A stretch of 64,000 nucleotides of DNA from Octopus vulgaris (GCA_951406725.2 OX597837.1:36890001-36954000); one strand, 5' to 3'. Positions 14,599 through 28,940 are shown, numbered from the stretch's first letter. The notes: generated from the sequence alone by a model not told the origin. Translations and numbers: made by a program.

Positions 14599-15326
14599 TG
14601 TATGTATGTATGTAGAGAGAGTGTGAGTCTCATGAATATTTATTTTAGTCTCTGCGCATACAGATTGTTTCCAGTATATTTAGATGCTTAACTCTATCTG
14701 TATTACATACATACATATATACATACACATATACATACATACATATATACATACATGCATGCATGCATACATACACACACACACACATACATACATACAC
14801 ATACATACACACACATACATACATACATACATACACACACATACATACATACACACACATACATACATACACACACATACATACATACATACATACATAC
14901 ATACATCATCATCATCATTTAGCGTCCGTTTTCCATGCTAGCATGGGTACATACATATACATACATACACACACACACACACATACATACATACATACAC
15001 ACATACACACATACATACATACATGCATGCAATTTTTAAAAGTGTCTGTTACAAAAAAAATTCTGGAGAAAAGAACAATTTAGGTCAAATGTTCTATAAA
15101 GAAACCAGACTTTGTCAAAGACAAATTATAAACGGAAGGGACGAGGAGTTTCCTTATTCCAGTGTATTATTGTATTATATATAGGTGTAGGAATCTCTGT
15201 GGCAAGAAGCTTGCTTCCCACCCACATAAATACTGGAATTGATTCATTCGATTGGAAATTCAAGGTGGTGCTCCAGCATGGCTGCAGTCTAATGACTGAA
15301 ACAAGTAAAAGATTAAAAGATGTACA

Positions 15327-15491
15327 GGCGTAGGAGTGGCTGTGTGGTAAGTAGCTTGTTTACCAACCACATGGTTCCGGGTTCAGTCCCACTGCGTGGC
15401 ACCTTGGGCAGGTGTCTTCTGCTATAGCCTCGGGCTGACCAAAGCCTTGTGAGTGGATTTGGTAGACGGAAACTGAAAGAAGCCCGTCATA

Positions 15492-15522
<31 letters not shown>

Positions 15523-15738
15523 GCGTGTGTGTTTTTGTGTGCCTGTGTTTGTCCCCCTAGCATTGCTTGACAACCGATGCTGGTGTGTTTATGTCCCCGT
15601 TACTTAGCGGTTCGGCAAAAGAGACCGATAGAATAAGTACTGGGCTTACAAAGGAATAGGTCCCGGGGTCGAGTTGCTTGATTAAAGGCGGTGCTCCAGC
15701 ATGGCCGCAGTCAAATGACTGAAACTAGTAAAAGAGTA
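15327..15738 (+). mobile_element. SINE A full length
   Basis: Complete head, body and tail. Confidence 0.9.
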
Positions 15739-16103
15739 TACATGGGGTGCATTCCAAAAGTTTTCAGACCTTTTTATTCGAGAGACCATTTATTGATTTC
15801 AAAAGAAGGACGAAAATCTAGTCCCTTCCGAAACCCTAACCTCTTTTGTGCACTTTTGTAATGCTCCACCCACTTCGTGAAGGCCCCATGGAAGACATCT
15901 AAAGTGAGGGTGTACAGGACCCTTGATATAGCCTCCTTCATATTCAAAAGGAGGATGGCTCCTGAGGTTCTCTTTCAGCTTGGGGAACAACCAAAAGTCT
16001 TAGGGAGCAAAATCTGGATTGTAGGAAGGGCGAAGGGCAGTCTTGATGCCCACCTCTATCAAACAGTTGGTTACCAGAATGGATTTGTGGCAAGCAGTGT
16101 TTA
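15739..16103 (-). pseudogene. Mariner (DD34D) transposase C-terminal remnant with TIR-like end
   Basis: Minus translation NTACHKSILVTNCLIEVGIKTALRPSYNPDFAP*DFWLFPKLKENLR matches the mariner YSPDLAPxDF motif; stops and frameshifts present. Confidence 0.8.
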
Positions 16104-16213
16104 GCAAGGTGTGTTCAGAGTCTTGTTACAGCCATCTCCTTCAATCTGGAATAAAAAAAAAAGTTTACTGGTCAGCTTATTAGATGTCTAAGAATGTTAT
16201 ACTAAAATTACAA

Positions 16214-16425
16214 TACTCTTTTACTTGTTTCAGTCATGTGACTGCGGCCATGCTGGAGCACCGCCTTTAGTCAAGCAAATCGACCCCGGGACTTATTCTT
16301 TGTAAGCCCAGTACTTATTCTATCAGTCTCTTTTGCTGAACTGCTAAGTGACGGGGACGTAAACACACCAGCATCGGTTGTCAAGCAATGCTAGGGGGAC
16401 AAACACAGACACACAAACACACACA

Positions 16426-16462
<37 letters not shown>

Positions 16463-16625
16463 GACAGGCTTCTTTCAGTTTCCGTCTACCAAATCCACTC
16501 ACAAGGCATTGGTCGGCCCGGGGCTATAACAGAAGACACTTGCCCAAGATGCCACACAGTGGGACTGAACCCGGAACCATGTGGTTGGTTAGCAAGCTAC
16601 TTACCACACAGCCACTCCTGCGCCT
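16214..16625 (-). mobile_element. SINE A full length
   Basis: Near-identical reverse complement of the 15327 copy. Confidence 0.9.
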
Positions 16626-18679
16626 ATAATAATCAAAGAATTTTATAACTACCTCTCCTTAAATCATCTTAGCTCTGACAATGCACCTTGTCACTCTCTC
16701 TCTCTTTCCTCCCTCGCTTTAATCCCCACCCCCGTCACGTGTGCATCATACAGGCATACCAGCTGATGGTTTCTGCACCATTTTATGTATTGTCATGGAT
16801 AAGCTAGTCAATTTGCCTCAGATTTGGTTCAGGAACCAAAAAATGATAAGCCCAAAAAATGGTGAAACATCGATGTCCATTATTGGATGTTGTTGTACAT
16901 CACTGGTCACAATGCGCTTTGCATTGTTTTAGCTTTTGAATGATGCCATCTCGCTGGCTAGGTGAGCAGGCTAACATTTGCCCCTGATCTGAAGGCCAGT
17001 CCATCGCAGGGTGAATCGCTTATAGCTGAGTGGACAGGGGTAACATGAAATGGAGGGTTTTGCTCAAGAACACAATGCACCGCCTAGTCCAGGAATTGAA
17101 CCCATAATTTAGCAATCATGAGTGCAACACCCTGACAACTAGGCCACTTTGACATACATACATACAACACACACACATGCACAAATACACACACACACAC
17201 ACACACGTTAAAATGATGAAGGCAAATAAGCTGAAACTGTCATCGCTGTCAATGTTTCCTTTGTAAAGTTTGATTAAAATTACGGAGATGTACTTGCATA
17301 GCAAGTGACCTGATCTGAGATCGTGTGCTGGAACGAAAACAATTGCAGCGCGGAAGGTGTTTATAAGCCATTTAAGAAACACACAAAAAACCATTAGATT
17401 CACTTCAACATTTAAATTTAATTAAAATGTTTCCTGCTATAGGCACAAGGGTTGAAATTTGGGGGGCAGGGGCCAGTCGATTACATTGACCCCAGTACTC
17501 AACTTGTACTTAATTTATAGTCCCTGAAAGGCTGAAAGGCAAAGTCGACCTTGGCAGAATTTGAACTCTTGATGTGATAGGGGACATACCACTAAGCTAG
17601 ATTTACTTCAACATTTAAATTTAATTAAAATGTTTCCTGCTATAGGCACAAGGGCTGAAATTCGGGGGCAGGGGGCCAGTCGATTACATTGACCCCAGTA
17701 CTCAACTGGTACTTAATTAATTGTTCCTGAAAGGCTGAAAGGCATAATCGACCTCGGCAGAATTTGAACCCTCAGTGTTGCGACAGGCGACATACCACTA
17801 AGCATTTCGTCCAGGGTGCTAACGATTCTGCCAGCTCGCTGCCTTAGTTTAATGAATATGTATGTTGCTGTAAGGTATTCAATAATCGTTCAGGTTAATG
17901 TCAAATTGTTTAAAAGGACAAGCAATTTGTATGTATGTATGTATGTATGTATGTACATATGACTCCCTCTCAAATATCCGTCTGACTCCCTCTCGAATAT
18001 GTGGGGGTGTATGTGTGTATATTGTTTTGAAATGAGCAATATATATGTATATATATTTGGATTGTATATGAGGGTATATATGTGTATGTATACACACACA
18101 CACTGAACTCTTTCCCATGTGTGGGTGTGAGAGAGTGTGTGTGTATATATATGTATATATATATACATATATATACACACACACACACACACACAAAAGT
18201 TAACATGAAGAATATGAGGTTGTGAATGCATGTACTTATGTATGTATGTATGATATATATATATAGAAACACACACACACACACATTAAAGTTAACTAGA
18301 AGACTATACGAGGTTGTGTATGTGTGTATGTACATATATGTGTATGTGAGTGTAGATTATATATATATATATATATATACACGCACACACACACACTCAG
18401 CTCATTCCCATATATGTGTGTATATATAATCTATACACACACATAAATATATACATGCACACACAACCTCATGCATTCTTCTAGTAAACTTTGTGTGTGC
18501 ATGTGTGTATACACACACGGACACACACACACACATCTCCAGTTTCCTTTTATAAAAACCATTAATTTGGTGCTTATTTGTTTGTCTCCAAGACTGGTGA
18601 AATGTTCACAGCTAAATTTAGACAAACTTTTTATGGGACAAATAACAAAAAAAAAAAAAAAAAATTTGCTGATCTCATG

Positions 18680-19208
<529 letters not shown>

Positions 19209-19570
19209 TCTGTTCCACAACTTTTTTTTATTTCTTCATCATTTTTAGCTCTTTTTCCTTTGCCAATCTCCAAAATAAACAAAGAAATACGGAAATAAAT
19301 AATTAAAAAGAAAAAAATGGTCGTTCTCCAAACATTTAGAATCTTCTTCTCCACTCACACAATATTACCATTAATGCTTTTCTTTTGTTTTGTTTTGATC
19401 TTTTACAGTGTGTGTGTGTGTGTGTGTCTGTATACATACATATATATATGTGTGTGTGTGTGCATACACATCTATATATACAAACACACACATATAGAGA
19501 TAAATGCATTTATGAGTGTGTATGTATGTATATGTGTGTATATATATATATGCATACACATCTATATATC

Positions 19571-19602
<32 letters not shown>

Positions 19603-19759
19603 TAGAGATAAATGCATTTGTGTGTGCATGTATATATATGTATGTATGTATATATATATATATATATGCATACACATAGAGATAAATGCATTTATGTCTG
19701 TGTATGTATGTGTGTGTGTATATATATATATATGCATACACATCTATATATCTATATAT

Positions 19760-19830
<71 letters not shown>

Positions 19831-20217
19831 CATGTATCCACACATCTATGCTTTATAACAAAAGCACACACACACACACACACATTATATATTTATCAAC
19901 AGATTATATTTATAATTCATCTGTTTTCAGTTTGCACCAGATTCCTGTCTCCTACTTTACATATTCGTGTGTCTGTCTGTATGTCTCCTCCTCATCAATG
20001 TTGTTTTAATGTCCACTTTTTTATGGTTGCGTGGGTCGGATGCAGCTTTATCGAGGCAGTGTTTTTTTTTTCCTCTAAGACTGGATGCCCTTCCTCTCAC
20101 CAATCCTCACCTGTTTCCAAGCAGGATAATGACCCCTGGTCTTCCCCTCCCGTATTGGCCAGGCATACTTTATTCAGAATATTGCAATGAATGAAATTTA
20201 TTTACAACAAACACATT

Positions 20218-20854
20218 ATAGCTCTCCGACTATCTATCTGCGGCTTTATATAGCTATGGTAAGACCTCACCTGGAATTTGCATCACCGGTCTGGAACCCC
20301 TATCTTGCCCAGGATATTAATCGTCTGGAAGCCGTTCAACGACATGCAACCAAAAGAATACCCTCCATCAGGCATTTGCCATATTCTGAACGCCTTACCT
20401 CCCTGGGCATGGACACATTGAAACTCCGACGTCTAGCAGCTGACTTGGCAGACACCCATAAAATGATTAACCATCTTACAAACAATAACTCTGAGCACCT
20501 TTTCAAACTCCACCCTGTCTAACACCCGTGGACATATTTACAAAGTCAGAAAACAGCACAGCTCCCATGACTTTCGGAAACATTTTTTCACGCTGAGAGT
20601 TGCTGAAGCATGGAACAAACTGCTGGCATCAGTTGTTAGTTGTTGGAGCACTGCATCCTTCAAAACTTCCATGCTTCCTGAGATTCGCCAACACTACACC
20701 TGATTTTCTCCCCTCCATACACATGCAAGCATGTATCTGACTCATACATTGTTCACTTCCCAGACATTTCTACATTACTGCATATGCTTTATACGCACTT
20801 TTTGACAAGTTGTGGTGCACCTGAGCACTGTATACAATAATTTCATTATTATTA
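20218..20854 (+). mobile_element. CR1-clade LINE 3' end (ORF2 C-terminus + 3'UTR), 5' truncated, frameshifted
   Basis: LYIAMVRPHLEFASPVWNPY...LEAVQRHATK...YSERL...LRRL...TRGH...FFTLRVAEAWNKL is the CR1/L2-type post-RT tail. (TTA)n end; extra base near 20516. Confidence 0.9.
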
Positions 20855-21076
20855 TATGAAGACAAGGAGAAACACAGACACACACATTATGGGCTTCTTA
20901 CAGTTTCTATTTGCCAAATCCACTTGCATCACTTGGGAGGATTATAGTATGAAAAATTTGTCCAACCTGTCGCACTGTGGAAATTGAACCTAAAACCATG
21001 TGGATAGGAAGCAAGATGGCTCCACCTGTAGCTATACACACACACAAACACACATATACATAGGACAAACTTCTTT

Positions 21077-21480
21077 GGATCTTTTCGGTTTGAACGGCAG
21101 TTTTTTCTAGCGGTGTCATATGAAATTGTCACCCATAATTATAACCCTAGTATCGATCTATTGCATTTCAATCCGTGTTAGGGGTGGGGGGAAGGGTATC
21201 TTTTTTCTTCACAAATGTAAATAAACCCAATCTGTATCTTAAACGAGGGACATATTCATACAGCACAGAATGTTGTTTACCTCAATGGACGTCAGTGATT
21301 GGTTGAAATTGCAGAAATTGAAGAAAAAAGACAACAAATATCTTACAAACTATAGAATTTTCTTAATAAAGCCAAGAGAAAAAGATGTTTTATAAACACA
21401 TTCTACCAGTATACGAAGTTTAAAATTTTTTAGTTATATAGAAATTATGTTAAAAACTGCCGTTCAAACCGAAAAGATCC
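21077..21480. mobile_element. Merlin-like MITE
   Basis: ~29 bp TIR GGATCTTTTCGGTTTGAACGGCAGTTTTT; perfect 8 bp TSD ACTTCTTT; sits inside a SINE remnant. Superfamily inferred from GG termini plus 8 bp TSD. Confidence 0.8.
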
Positions 21481-22189
21481 ACTTCTTTCAGTTTCCATCT
21501 ATCAAATCCACGTATATCTACACATGCACTTACACATATATCTTAATGCTATTTAAAATAGTTTAAATTCTGTCTTGATTTCCTTCCCATTGTATAGTGC
21601 AGGTACATAAATTGGAATGGCTCTATCTAGAAAATTAATCAAAGTAACCAATCTGATCACTCGCTACCATTCACTGCAAACATTAAAATAGAATTTCCAG
21701 AGATTTACCTACTTGTATAATTTGTATTTGCTCCTACAACAGACCTTTGCTTGGCTGGAAGCCCTTTTTCCCATGTATTTTTTGTTTTACTTTCTTTTTT
21801 TATTATCTTTGTGGTAAATCTTCATATTTAGCAAATCTTGTGTTGAAATCACACTTGGAAAGATTTCTGTATTTGATGGCAAGCTCCCTCGAGTTATCTG
21901 GACTGTGGCCATTTTGATTTGTTGGCTCTTCTTTGCTGTGACTGCAACTGCTACCATTGCCGTTGCTACTGTCAAGTTTTTGTAATTTGCTTATTTCGTA
22001 AGCATTGGTATAGAAACAAGGATCAAATAGCTGTAAACTGCGAATTCCTATATTGCTGTAGCAGAAGCACAACCAACAGCAGAACGTATGAGAAGGGATA
22101 ACAATATTAACTGTGATCCTGTAGCGATAAAATCAATTCGTTGCTATTAAGTTCAAAATGCTGCTTTTTCAGAAAATGAGAAAATTAAA

Positions 22190-22655
22190 ATAATAATAAT
22201 AATAATAATAATAATGAAATTATTGTATACAGTGCTCAGGTGCACTGCAACTTGTCAAAAGTGCGTATAAAGCATATGCAGTAATGTACAAATGTCTGGA
22301 AAGTGAACAGTGTATGAGTCAGATACATGCTTGCGTGTGTATGGAGGGGAGAAAATCAGGTGTAGTGTTGGCGAATCTCAGGAAGCATGGAAGTTTTGAA
22401 GGATGCAGTGCTCCGACAACTAGCAACTGATGTCGGCAGTTTGTTCCATGCTTCAGCAACTCTCAGCGTGAAAAAATGTTTCCTAAAGTCATGGGAGCTG
22501 TGCTGGTTTCTGACTTTGTAAATATGTCCACGGGTGTTAGACGGGTGGAGTTTGAAAAGGTGCTCAGAGTTATTGTTTGTAAGATGGTTAATAATTTTAT
22601 GGGTGTCTGCCAAGTCAGCTGCCAGACATCGGAGTTTCAATGTGTCCATGCCCCG
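22190..22655 (-). mobile_element. CR1-clade LINE 3' end, second copy
   Basis: GMDTLKLRCLAADLADTHKIINHLTNNNSEHLFKLHPSNTRGH...EIRQHYT*; near-identical to 20400-20854; (TTA)n tail. Confidence 0.9.
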
Positions 22656-23583
22656 GGGAAGTAAGGTGTTCTGTTTCACCATTCCATAGCAAAACTGTTG
22701 TATTACTCTTTGACAATTTTTGGCATCTGAAGCAGCTGGAGATACAATAGTTTGACCAAAAAAAACTGGCTATTGCAAGCAAAAGTAAATATTGAAAAAA
22801 AATTGGCCAAATTTGGACATACAACAGTTTAACATAATAGCAATGAATTGTCTGTCCCTGTTTGTTTTAATTGCAAAATATATAAAACACAATTTCACAT
22901 AAAACTCATGATTTTCATGTGACTGGCAGGTTTTAATTATTTAAACAAATGAACAACATTCGTTATACTAATTAGGACTTCAATGTAATACTGTTACTAC
23001 CACCACTACTGTTACCAGCACTGCTACTTTTGCACATACCACCACTACCAGCACAACTACCACAATTTCTGGTTCTCATTCTGAGCTCAACATAGAGGGA
23101 ACAAACAAGGACAGACATAGGTATTAAGTCGATTACATCGACCCCAGTGCGTAACTGGTACTTAATTTATCGACCCCGAAGGGATGAAAGGCAAAGTCGA
23201 CCTCGGCGGAATTTGAACTCAGAACGTAATGCCTTGAATATTCTTTTCTACTCTATTACAATTAATACCACCATCAACTACTACCAGCACAACAACCACA
23301 ACTTCTGGTTTTCATTCTGAGCTCAAATGCCACTGATGTCAACTTTCATCCATTTGGAGGGGTCAATAAAATAAAGTACCGGTCATATACTAAGGTCAAT
23401 GGCATTGACTACTTCCCCATCCCCACACTCTAAATTGCTAGCTTTGTGCCTAAAATCATTTTTTATTTTCTGTTTTCAGTTTAAGGACCAACCAATGAAA
23501 CTGATAATCTTTGGGATTATCTTGAATTAACATTATCATAAAGCAAAGCAAGAATCTTGTTGAATGTTCTCTGCTTAGAGACA

Positions 23584-23637
23584 ATGGACAGCACTGGATT
23601 ACAACACCTTGATTGGGTTAATTACCACCACATATCG
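23584..23637 (+). CDS. First coding exon of an unidentified spliced gene (exon 23480-23637 includes 5'UTR); MDSTGLQHLDWVNYHHIS
   Basis: Acceptor ttttctgttttcag|23480, donor ATCG|gtaaga at 23638. ATG at 23584 has strong context (acaATGg) and an in-frame stop upstream (23539). 54 nt, ends phase 0. Confidence 0.65.
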
Positions 23638-24654
23638 GTAAGATTTTAATTGTTTTTTTCATTTTTTAAAAATTTAAATTTTACCCAAGTTATCCCTGCT
23701 TAACTCCCCTTTTTTTATTATCTCCCTTACTTTCCAGAAAGTTCTGGTACCTCATTAACATCGCATTTTGATCGATTGAGACATTCTGAAATTTTGTTGT
23801 TGTTATTGCAGTTATTTACTGCCTGGTCAATTTAATCCAGCAGATGAATGACCAAGGCGCTTCTAGCCCTGGTTACCCTCCCCCTTTTTTCTCCCAAGGT
23901 ATATTCTATGCACTTTTCTAATGAGTTTCTAATAAGGCTGAAACATGTCTTTGAAGACTAGACCTCCATCATCTGCATTGTTTATGTCCAAGAATTTCAA
24001 TCAGCTGAGATTATTGAAGTTATTTCTATTGTTGTTTCCAATTTTTAAAATACCCTTAGAGGGAGGCTTTGTCTACTAATTGCATGGATAACCTCAGTTA
24101 ATCAAAGTGTTTTACTACTTGCAGTGCTATGTATAAGGGACTCTACTATACTATGGGTAAACTCATTCCATCCTTGGCCATCCCTACTTTTTTGTCAATG
24201 AAGGCCAACATTCTTTAATGTTCTCAAGTTGTTTGAAGAAATGAGTAAATCACTATGTTGTTGCTTGACATGCTAGAAATAGCAGCAAAATTGCCTCAAA
24301 TCAGATACTGTTGTCTTAGAAGTTGTCAGTTGATAGGTGGAGGTGGCACTAGTTGGAACGTCTGCAACTTCAGTTTTTTTTTTTGTAAAAGCATCATGGT
24401 GATGTATATATATATCTTCAGAACATTTGATATTGAGTGAAATGAATAGTAGAAGACACACACACAAACATGTACATATCTATTTATATGCCTGGATGTC
24501 CTTCCTAATGCCCACCACCTTACAGTGTGTATTGCGTGCTCTTTTCATGTCATTGGCACCAGTGAGGTTGCCAAATAAGTTGCAAGACTGAAGATGAGTG
24601 GAAAAGGTAAAAAAGTCCCCTTCACTAAAAGCAGGGGAGCATTTGAAAGATAGC

Positions 24655-24695
<41 letters not shown>

Positions 24696-24737
24696 TGTAA
24701 TAATGAAGTCAAACCAAATTGTGATGTTTTGAAATAA

Positions 24738-24813
24738 TTTAATACGCTTGTTTCAGGCCTGAATGATATATAATTGAAAATGCATCCATTACGTAATAAC
24801 TTCCTCAGTTAAA
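24738..24813 (-). ncRNA. Hammerhead motif in left arm of fold-back (degenerate stem II)
   Basis: Minus strand TTTAA-CTGAGGA-AGTT...GGCCT-GAAA-CAAGCG-TA^TTAAA. Confidence 0.5.
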
Positions 24814-24834
24814 ACATTTCCAGATATGAAAGTT

Positions 24835-24919
24835 TTTAACTGAGGAAGTTCTTATGTAGTAGATGCATTTCTTATTATATATATTATGTATTATGCAGAC
24901 CTGAAATGTGCATATTAAA
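24835..24919 (+). ncRNA. Hammerhead motif in right arm of fold-back
   Basis: TTTAA-CTGAGGA-AGTTCT...AGACCT-GAAA-TGTGCA-TA^TTAAA. Stem I TTTAA/TTAAA, stem II one mismatch. Confidence 0.6.
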
Positions 24920-25454
24920 TGATTTCAAAATATCACTATTTGGTTTGACTTTATTATTACAACTTATATGACTTGACACAAGTACAAACTAGCCAGTTTG
25001 GATTCCACTCACATGGGTTACTCTAACAACAATATGGAGTAGTTTGTTGTTCCACTTCAGTCAAAAATTCTGGTACTGTGCATTACTTCTTAGTTTCACA
25101 TGAAATCTATAAAGAAGAATACAAGTAAAGTTTAAAATTCACAACTGTTTCGGTAGCATTTTATTGACCCATTCTTAGATTACACCATCATCAGGCAAAC
25201 TTTAAACATATAAACAAAATAAAACAGAAATAGAAGTTCACTTGTTCCCAAATAACCACGGGGAGTTAAATGTTTGAGAAGGTACAACAGAATGTATAGG
25301 GGAAGTGGGTCAGAAACACTGGGGGCAGCTAGTGCAAAAACTACTTATTTCCAAGTTTATCTGTCTGTCTGTACGTACGTATATATATCTATATGTACAT
25401 ATATATAAACATATATATATATATGTACATATACGTACACATACACACACACGT

Positions 25455-25486
<32 letters not shown>

Positions 25487-25544
25487 GTACATATATATAT
25501 ATGTACGTATTGTACGTATATATATATATATATATGTATTGTAC

Positions 25545-25582
<38 letters not shown>

Positions 25583-25610
25583 GTATATATATATATATGT
25601 ACATATACGT

Positions 25611-25641
<31 letters not shown>

Positions 25642-25862
25642 CATATAGATAGATAGATACATACATACATATTCAACGTAGGAGGCATCAGAAAGCTAAT
25701 TAGCTAATTTGCTTCTAATTATCTTTAGGTGCATAAAACAATATTATTTTTTCCCCGACTTTACAATTATTTCTCATTCTTGATGTTTCCGGCAGTAAAT
25801 ATGTTAAAACTAACTTAACTATTGCTTTTCATGCTGATGGTATCTCTAAGTATATTTGTGCA

Positions 25863-25915
<53 letters not shown>

Positions 25916-25947
25916 TTGTGTGTGTATGTATGTATGTATGTATGTAT

Positions 25948-26125
25948 ATGAAAATAAACAAAAGACGAAAGCAGGTGGAGTACAAACAAACAAGTGTATT
26001 AGTATAGCGCTCAGGAATAGAAAAAGTCTTTTATGTTTTGAGCCTATGCTCTTCGACAGAAAGATACACAGAAAAAAATAAGGAGAGAAAAAGATGCGTG
26101 TAGGAGCTAACGATCTATCATGGCA
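25948..26125 (-). mobile_element. PLE-terminus-like repeat with decayed minimal hammerhead (26027-26064)
   Basis: Aligns by eye to 47210-47400. Minus strand TCTTT-CTGTCGA-AGAGC-ATAG-GCTC-AAAA-CATA-AAAGA. Confidence 0.55.
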
Positions 26126-26599
26126 TCCTGACGCATACACACGAACCATCATCAGCATTTTAATGTCCACTTTTCCATGCTTGTATAGATGAGGCAGGTC
26201 TTCTATAGCTGGATATCCCTTGTGACCAACCCTCACCTATTTCCAAATAAGATATTTCTCTGTGCCCAGACATTTTTTCTCAGAAGACTGGAAATGAACA
26301 CTTGTATGCCTGTATGTTTGGTGATGTTTGTTTACAACCATCACAATACTAAGACATACCTTTCACTCTGTCTGTCTGTCTCTCTCTCATATATAAAGTC
26401 ATAGATTCTTATTTTGCAACAAATTGTTTCGTAACTTAAAGCATGTAGATAATTTATATTATTATATCTAATAATAAATTACTTAAATGCCTGCATTAAT
26501 GCAAAATGCAGAAAGTCCTTCAAGATAATGTAGAATTTAAGCTACATAATCAGTCCATATATGAAAGAAAGTCCATATATTGTAGTTAAATTTATTTTG

Positions 26600-26690
<91 letters not shown>

Positions 26691-26843
26691 CTTGACTGAC
26701 CAGTCCGTTAGGTGTCCATTTGACACCGCTGGTCACAGCACGCTGTTCACTCCTCTCTGGATTGCGCCTTTCTCATCCACGTGATCCCAATTGCCCTCCT
26801 GAAATCGTAACTCCACCGTCATGGAGGCCTTCCAAGTGGTCGT

Positions 26844-26874
<31 letters not shown>

Positions 26875-28559
26875 CAGGCTTCTTTCAGTTTCCAATCGCA
26901 AGGCTTTGGTTGGCCTGAGGCTATAATAGCAGTCACTTGTCCAAGGCGACACACAGTGCAACTGAACCTGAAGCCACGAGGTCAGGAAGCAAGCTTCTTA
27001 ACCAAATAGCCAAGCCTGCACCTGTGTGTGTGGGTGTGTGTGTGTGTGTATATATCTGCATGTGTGGGTGTATATGTGCATGTGTGTATATATAATTAAG
27101 ATTGCCAGTGGCCATGTAAAGAGACTGGGAGAATAAGACAATAAGACTTAATGACAATATAATTAGTAATCCGTACTAAGATAATTAGCAGTTTTAATGT
27201 GTGTAAATAATTTGAACATTCAACACTGCAGCAGTGAGTGTATAACTAGAAAAATAACTGACAAATCATCCTATAATCAGACAAGTAATTACAGTATATA
27301 CTCATCTGTTTAATTACAAAACATTGATTACTTAATTAATATACTGGCCTATAATGGAGTTTAATTTAGTCTTTGGCATGTGGAATAATTCTGGGGGTTA
27401 AAATTGAGACACTGGTGGTGGTGGTGGTAGGGTTTATGACCCTTGCCCCACTCCCTGGTGTTGTGTTGAGAACTTCGTGACTTTGTGTTTTGTTCAGCTT
27501 TGATGTTGTGAACTCTAAGGTGAAGCTGGAGCAGGGCTCCTTAAGGTGACAAATGGCAACACCCTGTCATCGACCCTGCCGTATATATAGCATGGTGGGG
27601 AAGGAGTGCTGGCAATTTTTTGGACACACATACACGTGTATGTAAAAAAATCTCTGTGTTTGTGTGTATGCATGTCTGGTAAGTTCACTGTCATCATTTC
27701 ACCGTCTCTTTTTCAATAAAATAGTTTTTAATTATTAATGCCAAGATGTTTGTTCCTTCTTGAGCCATTAAACCTTACTTGGAAACAGTTGAGGGTTGGT
27801 GAGAGGAAGGAGATCCAGGAAGGGCTGTAGAAAATCTCCCTTAATAATCTGTCAAAACCCAGACAAACAGAAAAGTGGAAAAGTGGTTTTAAAATGATGA
27901 CAAGGAAGGGCATCCAACCATAGAAATCAAGCCAAAACAGATTGGAACCTGATATGGCTCCCTGGCTTACCATTTCCAGGCAAACCATCTAACCTGTGCC
28001 AAGTAATACAGACGCAAAGTAATAATGATGATCACACACACACACACACACACAGCTATACACTGTTTATCATCTGCTGGAGATGGATTCACATATTTCA
28101 TCCCAATTATGCAATGTGCGCAGGTATATATGTAATTTGTGATAAAAAATGTATGCTATTTGAACTTAATTATTGTTACACATGTTATGATAAATATGCA
28201 ATATAATAATGTGATGAATACTTTTTAATGGTGATTATGCAGCGTGTAATGACAGTGTGGAATGTACGCAAATTAGTATGCAATATGTGCTAATAATTAT
28301 GAAATATGAGATAACAGTTTTGTGTTTTAATAATGCCATGTGTTACATTAACCCTTTGCCGGTCCAAAGTATTTTCATGTTTGTCCTAAACGTCCATGCT
28401 TGTTTTTAGGGTTTTCGGTAGCCCTGGTTTCTTCTTAAAGCTTTCCTATTGCAAGTCCCAAATTACTCTATGGATGAAAAAAATTTGGGAATGCGTATCC
28501 TATATGATAACACCAGAGAAATATGTCCTGTAATTCACATGTGATATACAGGGTTAACA

Positions 28560-28940
28560 CAGTGGTTCTCAAACTTTTTTGGGCTGCCGTCCCTTTGTCA
28601 CCCTGGCCACCTTCCTAGCACCCCCACCCCCAAATGACCATCACAAATATATACCTCTTTCTGAACCAAATTCAAACCAACTGTATTTCACAAATAAAAC
28701 TTAACCTAACGAACCCATTATTTTGTTGCTTTTACATGAATCTCTACCCCTTTATTACCCCAATTTTTACATGAATTCCTACTCCATTATTGCCCCACTT
28801 TTTGCATACATCTCTACCCCATTATCACCCCACTTTTTGCATGAATCACTACCCCATTATCACTTTATTTTTCTTCAATGCCCCCTTGGAATTTTCTACC
28901 ACTCCCAGGTGGGTAATACCACCCACTTTGAGAACCACTG
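28560..28940. mobile_element. hAT-type MITE
   Basis: TIR CAGTGGTTCTCAAA / TTTGAGAACCACTG; degenerate TSD GGTTAACA/GATTAAAA; related fragment at ~53097-53300. Confidence 0.72.
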
